64,000 nt of DNA, taken from an uncultured Spirochaetia bacterium (GTDB taxonomy: Bacteria > Spirochaetota > JAHITG01 > CAZBCL01). The notes under the pieces are model-generated. The model made no database searches, had not been told where the DNA came from, and saw only the letters and a list, made by a program, of their open reading frames with translations. How positions within the stretch are numbered: position 1 is the stretch's first letter; every line of letters begins with the position of its first letter. The stretch spans positions 7,659-71,658 of the forward strand of contig CAZBCL010000001.1 of NCBI GenBank assembly GCA_964490645.1, in the 5' to 3' direction. The position numbers and the translations under genes are program-made. This document shows, piece by piece, positions 30,771-40,133 of the stretch.

Positions 30771-33512
30771 TTATTTTGTGTCATTGTTGAGAGCCTTCTT
30801 ATTTTTACAGAACAAAACCGGATGTAAATTCATCCCCCATTTTTCTACCGCAAATATTGTTAACGCAGGAACAAAGATCAATGAATTAAATAAACACCAG
30901 ACAACCCCTTCACATAAAATAATACCCATTTCTGCTATCCCTTGGAATTTTGCGACCGCAAGTGCGCCGAATCCAAGTGCAGTAGTAGCAGTTGTCATAA
31001 TAACCGCACGCCCCGTTGATGCCAGCACATTCGGCATTGAGCCTATTCCTTCTTTCAAATAGCGATGGGCAATATGAACACCGTCATCAATACCAATACC
31101 GATAATGACCGGCACCACTAGAACTGTTACCATATTAAATTGTAATCCAAGAAATACCATTGTCCCTAACATAGATACGGTTCCTGCAACAAGCGGAACA
31201 ATAGCAATCATCACCTGCAGTAAGTTACGAAAATCTATTATCAATAACAGTGTTACCAGAACAAGCGCCAATAATACCGCTTTTGCGCCTTCAGCACGCG
31301 CAACAATAAGCAAATCCTGCATAAGCGGTGCCATGCCGGTTACATTCTCGGCTAAACCTCGCACTGTATTGATAAACGGATTATTATACATATCTTCAAA
31401 TATAGATCTTTTCGCATAGCAATTTATAAGATATTCATTTCCATCCTTACTGATAAACTGCTCTTTCACCGATTGTGGAACATCATTGAGAGTAATACGT
31501 GTCGGTGCTGCACTGCGTATCAGTAATTCCTTACCCGTTGCAAAAAATGTTTTTCTGAAATCAAACATCCATTTTTCAGAAGCAGCATTAATCCCCTGCA
31601 CTGAAGCCTGCAGTAGATTCACTCCTTCTGTATTTGTTTCATTTTCAAGATATCGATTACAGACAGCAACAATACGGTCAAGACCGGAAATAACCGCAAG
31701 TTGTCGAACATCACGGATATTCATCTCAAAACGTTGTATCTGATGAATCATTTCATTTTTAGTACCGGTCTCCTGCCACGACATCGTTTGAAATTGCTGT
31801 TGTAATTTTCGTACAACCGGTATGCGGCGTTTTTGTTCTTCGGTTGACGGCAGCATCAAAGCAAGTGATGAAACCATACCGACATTAGGCTCATCATCAA
31901 GCGTTCGTGTCAACGCTACCATCTCATTATAATTCGTTAGTGAAACGGATATATTTTGAGGGGATACTGAAAAGTCACGTTCAATTTGCCGTTGTAATTG
32001 TACCGCATCAAGTGATTGATCTTCGATATTTAAAAAATCAGTGTCAAATCCAACCCTGCTCCCAAAATATCCCAGCACGACGGTTATACCGAAACATATT
32101 ACAATAATGATTGCCGCATGCTTCTTAATATACCTGCCAAAGTCCTCAAGTTTTTTAAACCGAACATCAATCGGTTTTATCGTTGTTCCCTTACGTTGTC
32201 TCATCCCCTTTCCGAATAATGACAACATTGCCGGTAAAATCGTCATTGATACTATTAATGTAATCAAAATACCACTCGCCATTGCAAATCCAAACTCTTC
32301 CATCATTTTAAATCGTAATAACATTAACGTTGCAAATGCTAATGCAGTGGTCCCGCCGCCGGTTATCAGACCCGGTCCAACGGTCATTAAGGTACGGGGA
32401 ATGATTTCATCTTCCCTATAATTGCCAAAACGGAATTCCGAATATAATGAGATGATATGAATTGAAAAGTCAACTCCCAGCCCGATAAGTATTATTGAAC
32501 AAAACGCCGTCATTATATTAAGCTGGCCAATGGTAAGCCCCAATAGACCAAGTGCCAATATAACTGAAATTATCAGCGTTGCACCGGCAAGCAACGGTGC
32601 ATATACTTTTCGATATGTAAGTAAAAAAAGTATTAAAATAACCAAAAACGCAAATGGGGTCAGTCCGATCATATCCGTTTCACTTGTTTCCATTTCATCA
32701 CGTGCAAGCGGATGCATACCTGTTGCGCGAATACGAACACCGGGGTAGTGTTTTAAAATCTCCGCTCGGATTTTATCAAACCCTCTCATCATATTTATTG
32801 TTGCGTCCATATCATTCATCGTAATGACCGGTTGAGCAAACATAATCAGCATGCTTCTATCCTGTGACCAATACTCCATCGGTCCGATAACACAATCACG
32901 GATATCCTGCTGCAGTTCCGCTCTATTAATCGTTGTTGCCGGATGCGCAATACGTGAAAATATATCAGAGAGCTCATTGAGCACAGTAACAAGCTGATAT
33001 TCATCATCACTGACCGCATCTTCATTACCGCTGTATTCACGCTCAAAATCATCATTAATGTTTTTTAAATATTCCGCAAAGTTCATGTTTTTATTGATAC
33101 GAAAAAACCGATGTGCATCATTTGTTTTCATCATCATCAGTAAATGATGAGAATAAAAACCTCCTTCATTACGCCATTCACAATATTTAAACCATTGCTT
33201 TTCGGCACTAAGCCGATTACACAATTCAGCAGCAACAGCACGTATTTCTTTTTTATCCTCCCCTTCAATGCCAATAGTCATTTGCTGAAATGAACCATAT
33301 ATTTTCGATAATCGCTTGAATTCCTGCATTGAGGATGATGCATCCGGTATTATATCAAACCATGTCATTTTCAGCTCAAGTCGCATTGCGCCGATAACGG
33401 CAAGTGCAACCAATACAACGCCGATACCAATAATAACCCATGGATGCTTATGAATACATTCACCCATATTCCAAAAAAAACTATCCCGTGGTCGCAGATT
33501 GTTCTGTGTCAT
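30771..33512 (-). CDS. MMPL/RND-superfamily exporter (HpnN-like lipid transporter)
   Basis: 913 aa with two 6-TM bundles, each followed by a large periplasmic domain. SSD-like TM regions (…LTPFAFLVILILFLLTY…). Adjacent to TetR and the LolA-like lipoprotein. Confidence 0.8.
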   Translation of the reverse strand: MTQNNLRPRDSFFWNMGECIHKHPWVIIGIGVVLVALAVIGAMRLELKMTWFDIIPDASSSMQEFKRLSKIYGSFQQMTIGIEGEDKKEIRAVAAELCNRLSAEKQWFKYCEWRNEGGFYSHHLLMMMKTNDAHRFFRINKNMNFAEYLKNINDDFEREYSGNEDAVSDDEYQLVTVLNELSDIFSRIAHPATTINRAELQQDIRDCVIGPMEYWSQDRSMLIMFAQPVITMNDMDATINMMRGFDKIRAEILKHYPGVRIRATGMHPLARDEMETSETDMIGLTPFAFLVILILFLLTYRKVYAPLLAGATLIISVILALGLLGLTIGQLNIMTAFCSIILIGLGVDFSIHIISLYSEFRFGNYREDEIIPRTLMTVGPGLITGGGTTALAFATLMLLRFKMMEEFGFAMASGILITLIVSMTILPAMLSLFGKGMRQRKGTTIKPIDVRFKKLEDFGRYIKKHAAIIIVICFGITVVLGYFGSRVGFDTDFLNIEDQSLDAVQLQRQIERDFSVSPQNISVSLTNYNEMVALTRTLDDEPNVGMVSSLALMLPSTEEQKRRIPVVRKLQQQFQTMSWQETGTKNEMIHQIQRFEMNIRDVRQLAVISGLDRIVAVCNRYLENETNTEGVNLLQASVQGINAASEKWMFDFRKTFFATGKELLIRSAAPTRITLNDVPQSVKEQFISKDGNEYLINCYAKRSIFEDMYNNPFINTVRGLAENVTGMAPLMQDLLIVARAEGAKAVLLALVLVTLLLIIDFRNLLQVMIAIVPLVAGTVSMLGTMVFLGLQFNMVTVLVVPVIIGIGIDDGVHIAHRYLKEGIGSMPNVLASTGRAVIMTTATTALGFGALAVAKFQGIAEMGIILCEGVVWCLFNSLIFVPALTIFAVEKWGMNLHPVLFCKNKKALNNDTK

Positions 33513-33529
33513 ACTATTCCTCCAATATA

Positions 33530-34174
33530 TTATTTACTTGGTTTAACGAGTGCTCGTTTAATAATTTCCAGTGCTACCTTTTGATATTTCTTTGCATCAA
33601 ATTTCTGCCCCAATAATATTTTAATTGAAAGGCTGTCAATCATACCAAATAAAAGAAACGCAACCCGTTCCACATCGACACGATGAAACTCTCCTTTTTT
33701 GATGCCTTCATTAATTATTGTACTAAAAAACCGAACATGCCGATTATAAATACCGACCATCCCCTTAAGCGCATGCTTGCTTATTTTAGAACTCGTGATC
33801 ATTAATTCCATAAACAGCATAATATCATCCGAATTACTGAACGTAGAAAAAATGTTTATTATATATGTCCTTACTTTATCCCATACCGTTGGATATTCTA
33901 TTTCCTTCATGAATAAATTTTGTATTGTGCTCTCCATTACCGAGTGTGCAATTGAGAAAAATATTGTTTCTTTAGAATCAAAATATTCATATATTGTCCC
34001 TTTTGCTATTCCGGCGCGATCCGCAATATCAGAAATTTTCATATTATGAAATCCCTTTTCATAATAAACCTGCATTGCCGCCGTTAAAATATTTTGCCGT
34101 CGTTCTTCCTTATCAACATGCTTTGCATTCATCATTTTTTTGCATTGATCCTTTTTGTATTTCGTTTTATACAA
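33530..34174 (-). CDS. TetR/AcrR family transcriptional regulator
   Basis: TetR_N HTH (RRQNILTAAMQVYYEKGFHNMKISDIADRAGIAKGTIYEYFDSKETIF), 214 aa. Confidence 0.85.
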   Translation of the reverse strand: MYKTKYKKDQCKKMMNAKHVDKEERRQNILTAAMQVYYEKGFHNMKISDIADRAGIAKGTIYEYFDSKETIFFSIAHSVMESTIQNLFMKEIEYPTVWDKVRTYIINIFSTFSNSDDIMLFMELMITSSKISKHALKGMVGIYNRHVRFFSTIINEGIKKGEFHRVDVERVAFLLFGMIDSLSIKILLGQKFDAKKYQKVALEIIKRALVKPSK

Positions 34175-34375
34175 TACCGGTATAGAGGCATTCTATAATT
34201 TAATTAACTTTTAAAACATGTCCTATATTATTCTGCTGCATTTTTCCTCTGCTGCAATCAACAATTAGTGAATTGTGCAATTGGCGATAAAACATTTTAG
34301 CCTTCCACCGTTGTTGCCATCAACATTACGCACAATGCATTCATGCATCAGCACATACTGCCGATAACGTGCCTT

Positions 34376-34407
34376 TTATAAATGACTGACCAGTCAGTCA
34401 TTTATAA
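34376..34407. promoter_or_regulatory. 15-bp perfect inverted repeat; candidate TetR operator
   Basis: TTATAAATGACTGAC-ca-GTCAGTCATTTATAA, about 200 bp upstream of the tetR start, in the tetR/repeat-element intergenic region. Confidence 0.4.
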
Positions 34408-34509
34408 ATATATCCACGCCCTCCCATTATGTCAAGTATAATCTCAAGATATTTAGTGTAACGCTATACAATTAAAAAACGATTTGCCATGAATCAGCAT
34501 GAATGAGAA

Positions 34510-34795
34510 AAGACGATGCCCGGATATTTTTTTATTGAACGTTTTAGAGCATTACAGTATGAAAAGATTTTTATTCGATTGTCTGAAAACGTGTTTGAGA
34601 CGAGAAAGCAGATTGCGAAGTTTATTAATTTTACAATCGACAGCGGCTATACCAATCACTTGGCTATCAAACACCGAATGAATAATATTATCGAAACCAA
34701 AAATGCAGGGCGGCATAATGAAGAATTGCACCTTAAAAATCAAAAATAGTGGTCTTGACATATTGTGCCACTACATTAATATAATATTTTTAAGT
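34510..34795 (+). repeat. copy 1 of a roughly 275-bp dispersed direct repeat (about 92% identical to copy 2)
   Basis: Direct sequence comparison of 34517-34793 with 36045-36318. The conserved core is cgattgt(c/a)tgaaaacgtgtttgagacgagaaagcagattgcgaagtttatt…, ending in the hairpin-like agtggtcttgaCAtattgtGccact. Confidence 0.6.
34516..34749 (+). CDS. small hypothetical protein encoded in repeat copy 1 (coding status uncertain)
   Basis: 77-aa ORF (…FETRKQIAKFINFTIDSGYTNHLAIKHRMNNIIETKNAGRHNEELHLKNQK). Two synonymous differences (TAT/TAC Tyr, ACC/ACT Thr) in this frame relative to copy 2, but the N-termini differ through homopolymer indels. Confidence 0.3.
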   Translation: MPGYFFIERFRALQYEKIFIRLSENVFETRKQIAKFINFTIDSGYTNHLAIKHRMNNIIETKNAGRHNEELHLKNQK

Positions 34796-34927
34796 TAAAT
34801 TATTCCCCTATTAATTGAGCAAAGAATATGTTGAATGATTATTACTTATTAAGCACATTATTGAATTATCAGCCGATACGTTTGGAAATAAAATTAAGTA
34901 TTAAGTAAAGAGGAATAATATCGAATT

Positions 34928-35764
34928 ATGAAAAATATTATATTTATTTTATGTTTTCTAATGACGGGGCAATTGTTATTTTCGCAATCTGATTCAATAA
35001 ATAGTTTAATTAATGAAACAATGCTACATCCGGCAGATTCTTTTACCGGATACGTTTATAAAAAACATGAATGGGGGTATAATCAAGCATTAACACCATA
35101 CCCGAGTTGGGCTTGGTGGGGGATTACAGATAGGATTACGGCAGAACTTGATTTTGAAGCGTGGTTGGGAGGAGTTCCCAGTTTCAATTTTAGAATCGGA
35201 ATTATTAAAAATAATGATTGGATGCCTGCTATTGCTTTTGAGACTATGTATCAATTCTTAAGTGAAGAAAGAGACCAATTTGACAATCTTTCATATTTGA
35301 AAATTAGCAGGAAAGGGTCAAGCTGGTATAATCATATTAATTTGAGCTGGAAAATTAAAAATTCTATTCATTTTCACATTATGAACGGGGCTACTTATTC
35401 CGAAAATATTTTAATTTCAAATGGAGATAGTACAAATCATATTGGAAACTCTTATAAAAATATGCTTCATCCTGATTATTCATTTGGTATTGGTTGGAGA
35501 ATTCAAAAATGGATAACTTTGCATTCAACATATTCTTACGGTTCAACATTTCTTTATGCTGATAATATTCCGAGAAAACAACAATTTGTATTGGCAACAC
35601 GAGTGGCACCGTTTATAAAAAGTAAAAAAGGATTTTTCAACAGTTTCAGGTTTGAACTTGCTTTTTTATATGCAAAATTTATAGATGCAGATCAGTATAT
35701 ATCAGGACCAATAGGATTTTTTTATTGGCAATGGAATTGGGGTAAAAAAGACAGACAAAAATAG
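34928..35764 (+). CDS. hypothetical secreted (possibly outer-membrane) protein
   Basis: Signal peptide MKNIIFILCFLMTGQLLFS. Trp/Tyr-rich, 278 aa. Flanked by the two repeat copies. Confidence 0.45.
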   Translation: MKNIIFILCFLMTGQLLFSQSDSINSLINETMLHPADSFTGYVYKKHEWGYNQALTPYPSWAWWGITDRITAELDFEAWLGGVPSFNFRIGIIKNNDWMPAIAFETMYQFLSEERDQFDNLSYLKISRKGSSWYNHINLSWKIKNSIHFHIMNGATYSENILISNGDSTNHIGNSYKNMLHPDYSFGIGWRIQKWITLHSTYSYGSTFLYADNIPRKQQFVLATRVAPFIKSKKGFFNSFRFELAFLYAKFIDADQYISGPIGFFYWQWNWGKKDRQK

Positions 35765-36035
35765 AGTCGCACAACAATGTATATAAGATATAGCTCAAGT
35801 AGTTGTATACCGGATTACAATGAGAATATATTTAACAGAAAGAAATTGTTTTGAAATGCAACATATTTTATACTCACCATTAGAGGTCTAAACGCTCTCC
35901 ACTCTCCATTCCGATGTAAATTCATCACCTTCCTGTTTGAATTTACTGTTTTTATGGCGTAACTCCATATAATATAAAAAAGAAATTACCGTTAATTTTG
36001 AATGAAGCAAATATTTCAATCACCATAAACAGGAA

Positions 36036-36320
36036 AGGATGAGGTCCGGATATTTTTTTTATTGAACGTTTTTATAGTATTGCAGTATGAAAATATTTTT
36101 ATTCGATTGTATGAAAACGTGTTTGAGACGAGAAAGCAGATTGCGAAGTTTATTCATTTTACAATCGACAGCGGCTACACTAATCACTTGGCTATCAAAC
36201 ACCGAATGAAGTATATTATCGAAACCAAAAATGCAGGACAGCATAATGAAGAATTGCACCTTAAAAATTAAAAACAGTGGTCTTGATATATTGTACCACT
36301 ATAATAATACTTTTTTAAAG
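36036..36320 (+). repeat. copy 2 of the roughly 275-bp dispersed direct repeat
   Basis: See copy 1. Same orientation, 1.5 kb downstream. Confidence 0.6.
36062..36271 (+). CDS. small hypothetical protein encoded in repeat copy 2 (paralog of 34516..34749; coding status uncertain)
   Basis: 69-aa ORF (…YENVFETRKQIAKFIHFTIDSGYTNHLAIKHRMKYIIETKNAGQHNEELHLKN). Confidence 0.3.
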   Translation: MNVFIVLQYENIFIRLYENVFETRKQIAKFIHFTIDSGYTNHLAIKHRMKYIIETKNAGQHNEELHLKN

Positions 36321-36674
36321 AAAACTTACATTTAAATCGTTGCCCTTTATAATCCGATACTGTGTATATACGCAGCACTACCACGTAATGGTATTATTTA
36401 CCGATGGTTACTTGATAATAACAATATAAAATAGATTTGCAAATAAGTATTGCAAACAGCATGTATGATAACATATGAGTGTATGGTTTGTTTTTACCTT
36501 TTTGTTATCTACTTTTAATGAAGTGTTGGAACAAAATAACCGCATTAACAGTAATTGTCTTTGAATATTCGTCCTTTTATCGAACCACGGTTATGTATAC
36601 TCTGAACGTATGTATAACAATAAATGCCGATATTATTGATTCACCCTCTCTGCGAGACTCCTTGAATACTTCTA

Positions 36675-37025
36675 TCACATCCATTTACTGCGAAAAACAA
36701 AGTATACCGCACCTACCAAACATAAACCGGCCCAGAGATAATCCAATTTCAACGGTTCTTTCATATACATTACTGAAAATGGTATAAAAACACTGATGGT
36801 AATTATTTCCTGTATTACTTTTAGTTGTCCTAAATTTAAAACGGTAAAACCGATACGATTCGCCGGTATCTGCAGAATATATTCAAATAAAGCTATCCCC
36901 CAGCTAATGAAAATGACAATAAGTATTGGTTTATCATTATAATTTTTTAAATGCGCATACCAGGCAAATGTCATTATTATATTACTGCCAATTAGCAATA
37001 ATATTGTTGTTAAAACCGGTTTCAT
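36675..37025 (-). CDS. small DMT-superfamily membrane protein (DUF486-like)
   Basis: 116 aa, 4 TM, N-terminus MKPVLTTILLLIGSNIIMTFAWYAHLK typical of DUF486/DMT small proteins. Confidence 0.5.
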   Translation of the reverse strand: MKPVLTTILLLIGSNIIMTFAWYAHLKNYNDKPILIVIFISWGIALFEYILQIPANRIGFTVLNLGQLKVIQEIITISVFIPFSVMYMKEPLKLDYLWAGLCLVGAVYFVFRSKWM

Positions 37026-37251
37026 AATATACTTCTTTACTCATACACGATGAATTTATTTTTTCGTTTTATTTATTACAATAGAATGCTGCATGATAGT
37101 CATGCAGCGTATCTGATTATACAGCTTTATATATCATACCGGTAAAAGTCAATTATAAAATAAACCCGGATCGATATATTTTTGTCAAGCAAACTCTTAT
37201 AGCAACTATAAACAATACAGCGTAAAACAACAAAAAAAGGAACAACAAACC

Positions 37252-37300
37252 CTTGACAGATAGTTATATATAATATATTTATACACGTATAATATATATT
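37252..37300 (+). promoter_or_regulatory. sigma70-like promoter elements upstream of 37317 gene
   Basis: TTGACA at 37252, downstream TATAAT-like hexamers, then a strong RBS AAGGAGG 7 nt before the ATG at 37317. Confidence 0.3.
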
Positions 37301-37316
37301 AAGGAGGTTTCATCTA

Positions 37317-37973
37317 ATGAAACTAAAATCACTGGTATTAGTAAGCATATTTGTTTTGTATGCACAACTCTTTGGGATCGATACGACTGAAGTATTTGAA
37401 CCGGGACTATCCGATATTGAATATGCCGTGTCATGGAACTCACTATCAAAATTATTTGGTAATGAATTTCTTATCGGTTACGGATTTAAAAACTCCGTCT
37501 GTATCGGATTATCATGTGCTGCTGATGATTCAGATACCCACAGTGCAGGTGTTAGTGTTATCTATACCTGTATCGATAATGTCTTTTCACTTGATATTAT
37601 ATCAGGCTATACAAAAAAACTCGCCGTATCTGACGGAAAATATGCATTAGGGAGTGAAGCCGCATATAGAATTCATAATCACTATACCCCGTATACACGA
37701 ATTACTGCTGCAGCTGATACTACATTGAAGAGCTATTCCGGTACTATTGATCTCGGTTTTTCAGCAATACTGAATGATAAAACTGAAAGTTTACTGGAAT
37801 ATACGCTTGAATCCACAGGAAACAAAAACAAACTCGCGTCATCAATCGCCGTCGGTCTTAATATTGTCCTGACAGATACGATTGAAATGGTAGATGAGAT
37901 TCGGTACTTTTCATCGCCCGATAATACCATAAATCCTATATCAATCACCATTGGTATTATTGCAACAGTATAA
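37317..37973 (+). CDS. hypothetical secreted/outer-membrane protein
   Basis: Strong RBS. Signal peptide MKLKSLVLVSIFVLYAQLFG. 218 aa with alternating beta-strand-like pattern. Confidence 0.45.
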   Translation: MKLKSLVLVSIFVLYAQLFGIDTTEVFEPGLSDIEYAVSWNSLSKLFGNEFLIGYGFKNSVCIGLSCAADDSDTHSAGVSVIYTCIDNVFSLDIISGYTKKLAVSDGKYALGSEAAYRIHNHYTPYTRITAAADTTLKSYSGTIDLGFSAILNDKTESLLEYTLESTGNKNKLASSIAVGLNIVLTDTIEMVDEIRYFSSPDNTINPISITIGIIATV

Positions 37974-38186
37974 TTACCATTAAACGTATACGCGTGATCT
38001 CAGCACAATCAATTATTTGTAATACCTCGACAGTCCTGATAATTGATTATGCGTTTTACACTCGTTTCAATACGATATCTGCATGGGAGGTAATGTATTC
38101 TTTTACGAGCATGAGTATTATTCGTGAATGATAAAACAATCAGCATTATCGCAATCGTATCGGTTTCGGGCTAATCCAATACCCGT

Positions 38187-39074
38187 TTAGTCCATTTTTT
38201 CAATACGAATTTGATTTATTTGTTCTGAAATTAAGCCGAGCAAAAATATCAGAATTGATGTTATAAATAAGGTCAATGTTGTATTGGTAATTGAACTGGA
38301 TAAATAAAAGACTCGCCATAAACCATGTCCGATACTTCCCAACAAAATCAAAATAGATATTGGCAAAAATATTTTCATTGGACTATATAAGGTAATAATT
38401 CTCAGCATAATAAGAATAAACTTTACCCCGTCATGAAATGGACGTATTTTACTTTTTCCGACACGTCGATCAACAAATATCGGCTCATACCGCACCGCAT
38501 AACCGGCACGAATAACGGTTAGTGTAATTGTCGTCGGATATGAAAATCCATTGGGCAGTAATGAAACAAATTTTATAACAATAGCACGTTTGAAAATACG
38601 AAACCCCGAGGTAAGATCAACAATTTTTCTATTCGTTAAGTATGTAGCAAGCATATTATATATGCTGTTTGCAAAGTTTCGATGTAATGAAGCACGTTTT
38701 TTTGATTTTTTCATGCGAGCGCCGACAACCATGTCATATTCCGGAAGATAACGCACCAGACGAATAATATCATTCGGGTCATGCTGCCCATCACTATCCA
38801 TAAGTGCAACAAATTCACCGCGGGCATTTCGAATACCGGTTTTCACCGCAGCTCCGTTACCCATGTTATACGCATGATTAATAATGCGAATACCCTGTAT
38901 TTTTTTTAGTACAGCAGTCGTCCCATCATCACTGCCGTCATTTACAATGATAATTTCAGCGGCTTTTTTATATTTTTTAAGGGCTGTTTTAAGTTTCGTT
39001 ATTACTGTGCCGACAATTTCTTTTTCATTGTATACCGGCATTATAATCGATAACATTATTTTTTTTGATGCCAT
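38187..39074 (-). CDS. GT2-family polyprenyl-phosphate glycosyltransferase (DPM1/GtrB-like) with C-terminal TM helices
   Basis: IIMPVYNE…IIIVNDGSDDGT…DSDGQHDP catalytic motifs (DxD and DGS). C-terminal hydrophobic segments. 295 aa. Confidence 0.75.
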   Translation of the reverse strand: MASKKIMLSIIMPVYNEKEIVGTVITKLKTALKKYKKAAEIIIVNDGSDDGTTAVLKKIQGIRIINHAYNMGNGAAVKTGIRNARGEFVALMDSDGQHDPNDIIRLVRYLPEYDMVVGARMKKSKKRASLHRNFANSIYNMLATYLTNRKIVDLTSGFRIFKRAIVIKFVSLLPNGFSYPTTITLTVIRAGYAVRYEPIFVDRRVGKSKIRPFHDGVKFILIMLRIITLYSPMKIFLPISILILLGSIGHGLWRVFYLSSSITNTTLTLFITSILIFLLGLISEQINQIRIEKMD

Positions 39075-40090
39075 AAACCGAGTTCCTTTCGTATTGTATA
39101 ATCACGCCGTACTGATGCTGAATATACAATATACTCGGCAACCAACCCGGTACTAAACAATTGAATTCCAACAAGAATAAACAGAAGACTAATCATAATC
39201 ATCGGAAGACGCTGTCCGATTGTTACAACATCCCCCGGATCACCCCCCATACCAAGATTGAAGAGTGCTTTTGATACCAACCAGAGTGCTTTTGGCAAAT
39301 ATATATATATCCAATTAATAAAACCAAATAGAAAAAATACTATTCCGGTAACACCAAATAGTTTGATTGGTTTCTGACCAAATTTCCAAAGATACCACAG
39401 TGTCAATAAATCCATAAAACCCGGAATATATCGACGTACTCCGTATTTTGATTTTCCAACTGTCCGCGGATGATGTTTGACTTTAATTTCAGTAACACGA
39501 AATCCGCGCCAATGCGCCATTGCCGGAATAAAGCGATGGAAAGAACCGTATACATCAAGTTCTTTTACTACTTCTGTACGATATGCTTTCAACCCGCAGT
39601 TAAAATCATGAATTTTAACACCGGAAACAAAACTGACTGCACGATTAAATATTTTTGATGGAATTGTTTTTGTTATCGGGTCATATCGTTTATATTTCCA
39701 TCCCGATACCAAATCATAACCTTCATTAATTTTAGCAATGAGTCTTGAAATTTCATTCGGATCATCCTGTAAATCAGCATCCATGGTAATAATAATATCT
39801 CCGCGGGCATATTCAAATCCGCATGCCAAAGCTGCGGCTTTTCCAAAATTTCGCCGAAAGGTTATTGATACAACATGTTTCATATCGCGTTTATAGAGTT
39901 TTTCCACAACTGCCGCGCCATTATCCGTACTGCCATCATCAATAAAAATTATTTCATGAGGGAATCCGCCTTTTTGCAGATTACGTTTCACACTGTTATA
40001 AAGCTTCTGCAAAGTCCCTTCTTCATCAAGAAATGGAATCACAATTGAAATAAACGGTTTTTTATTTTTTTTTGTTTTACGTGCTTTCAT
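39056..40090 (-). CDS. GT2-family polyprenyl-phosphate glycosyltransferase (ArnC/GtrB-like) with C-terminal TM helices
   Basis: ISIVIPFLDEE…IFIDDGSTDNG…DADLQDDP motifs. Two C-terminal TM segments. Overlaps the downstream GT2 by 19 nt. Confidence 0.75.
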   Translation of the reverse strand: MKARKTKKNKKPFISIVIPFLDEEGTLQKLYNSVKRNLQKGGFPHEIIFIDDGSTDNGAAVVEKLYKRDMKHVVSITFRRNFGKAAALACGFEYARGDIIITMDADLQDDPNEISRLIAKINEGYDLVSGWKYKRYDPITKTIPSKIFNRAVSFVSGVKIHDFNCGLKAYRTEVVKELDVYGSFHRFIPAMAHWRGFRVTEIKVKHHPRTVGKSKYGVRRYIPGFMDLLTLWYLWKFGQKPIKLFGVTGIVFFLFGFINWIYIYLPKALWLVSKALFNLGMGGDPGDVVTIGQRLPMIMISLLFILVGIQLFSTGLVAEYIVYSASVRRDYTIRKELGLWHQKK

Positions 40091-40133
40091 ATAACTATTA
40101 TACTCTATTGGTTTTAATACAGCCCTGCCGGTA

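Noticed and set aside
34510-36320. Possibility that the two 275-bp repeats are IS/MITE termini of a composite transposon
   Set aside because: No transposase, integrase or terminal inverted repeats were recognisable. The repeats are direct, not inverted. They are kept as a finding of unknown nature instead.
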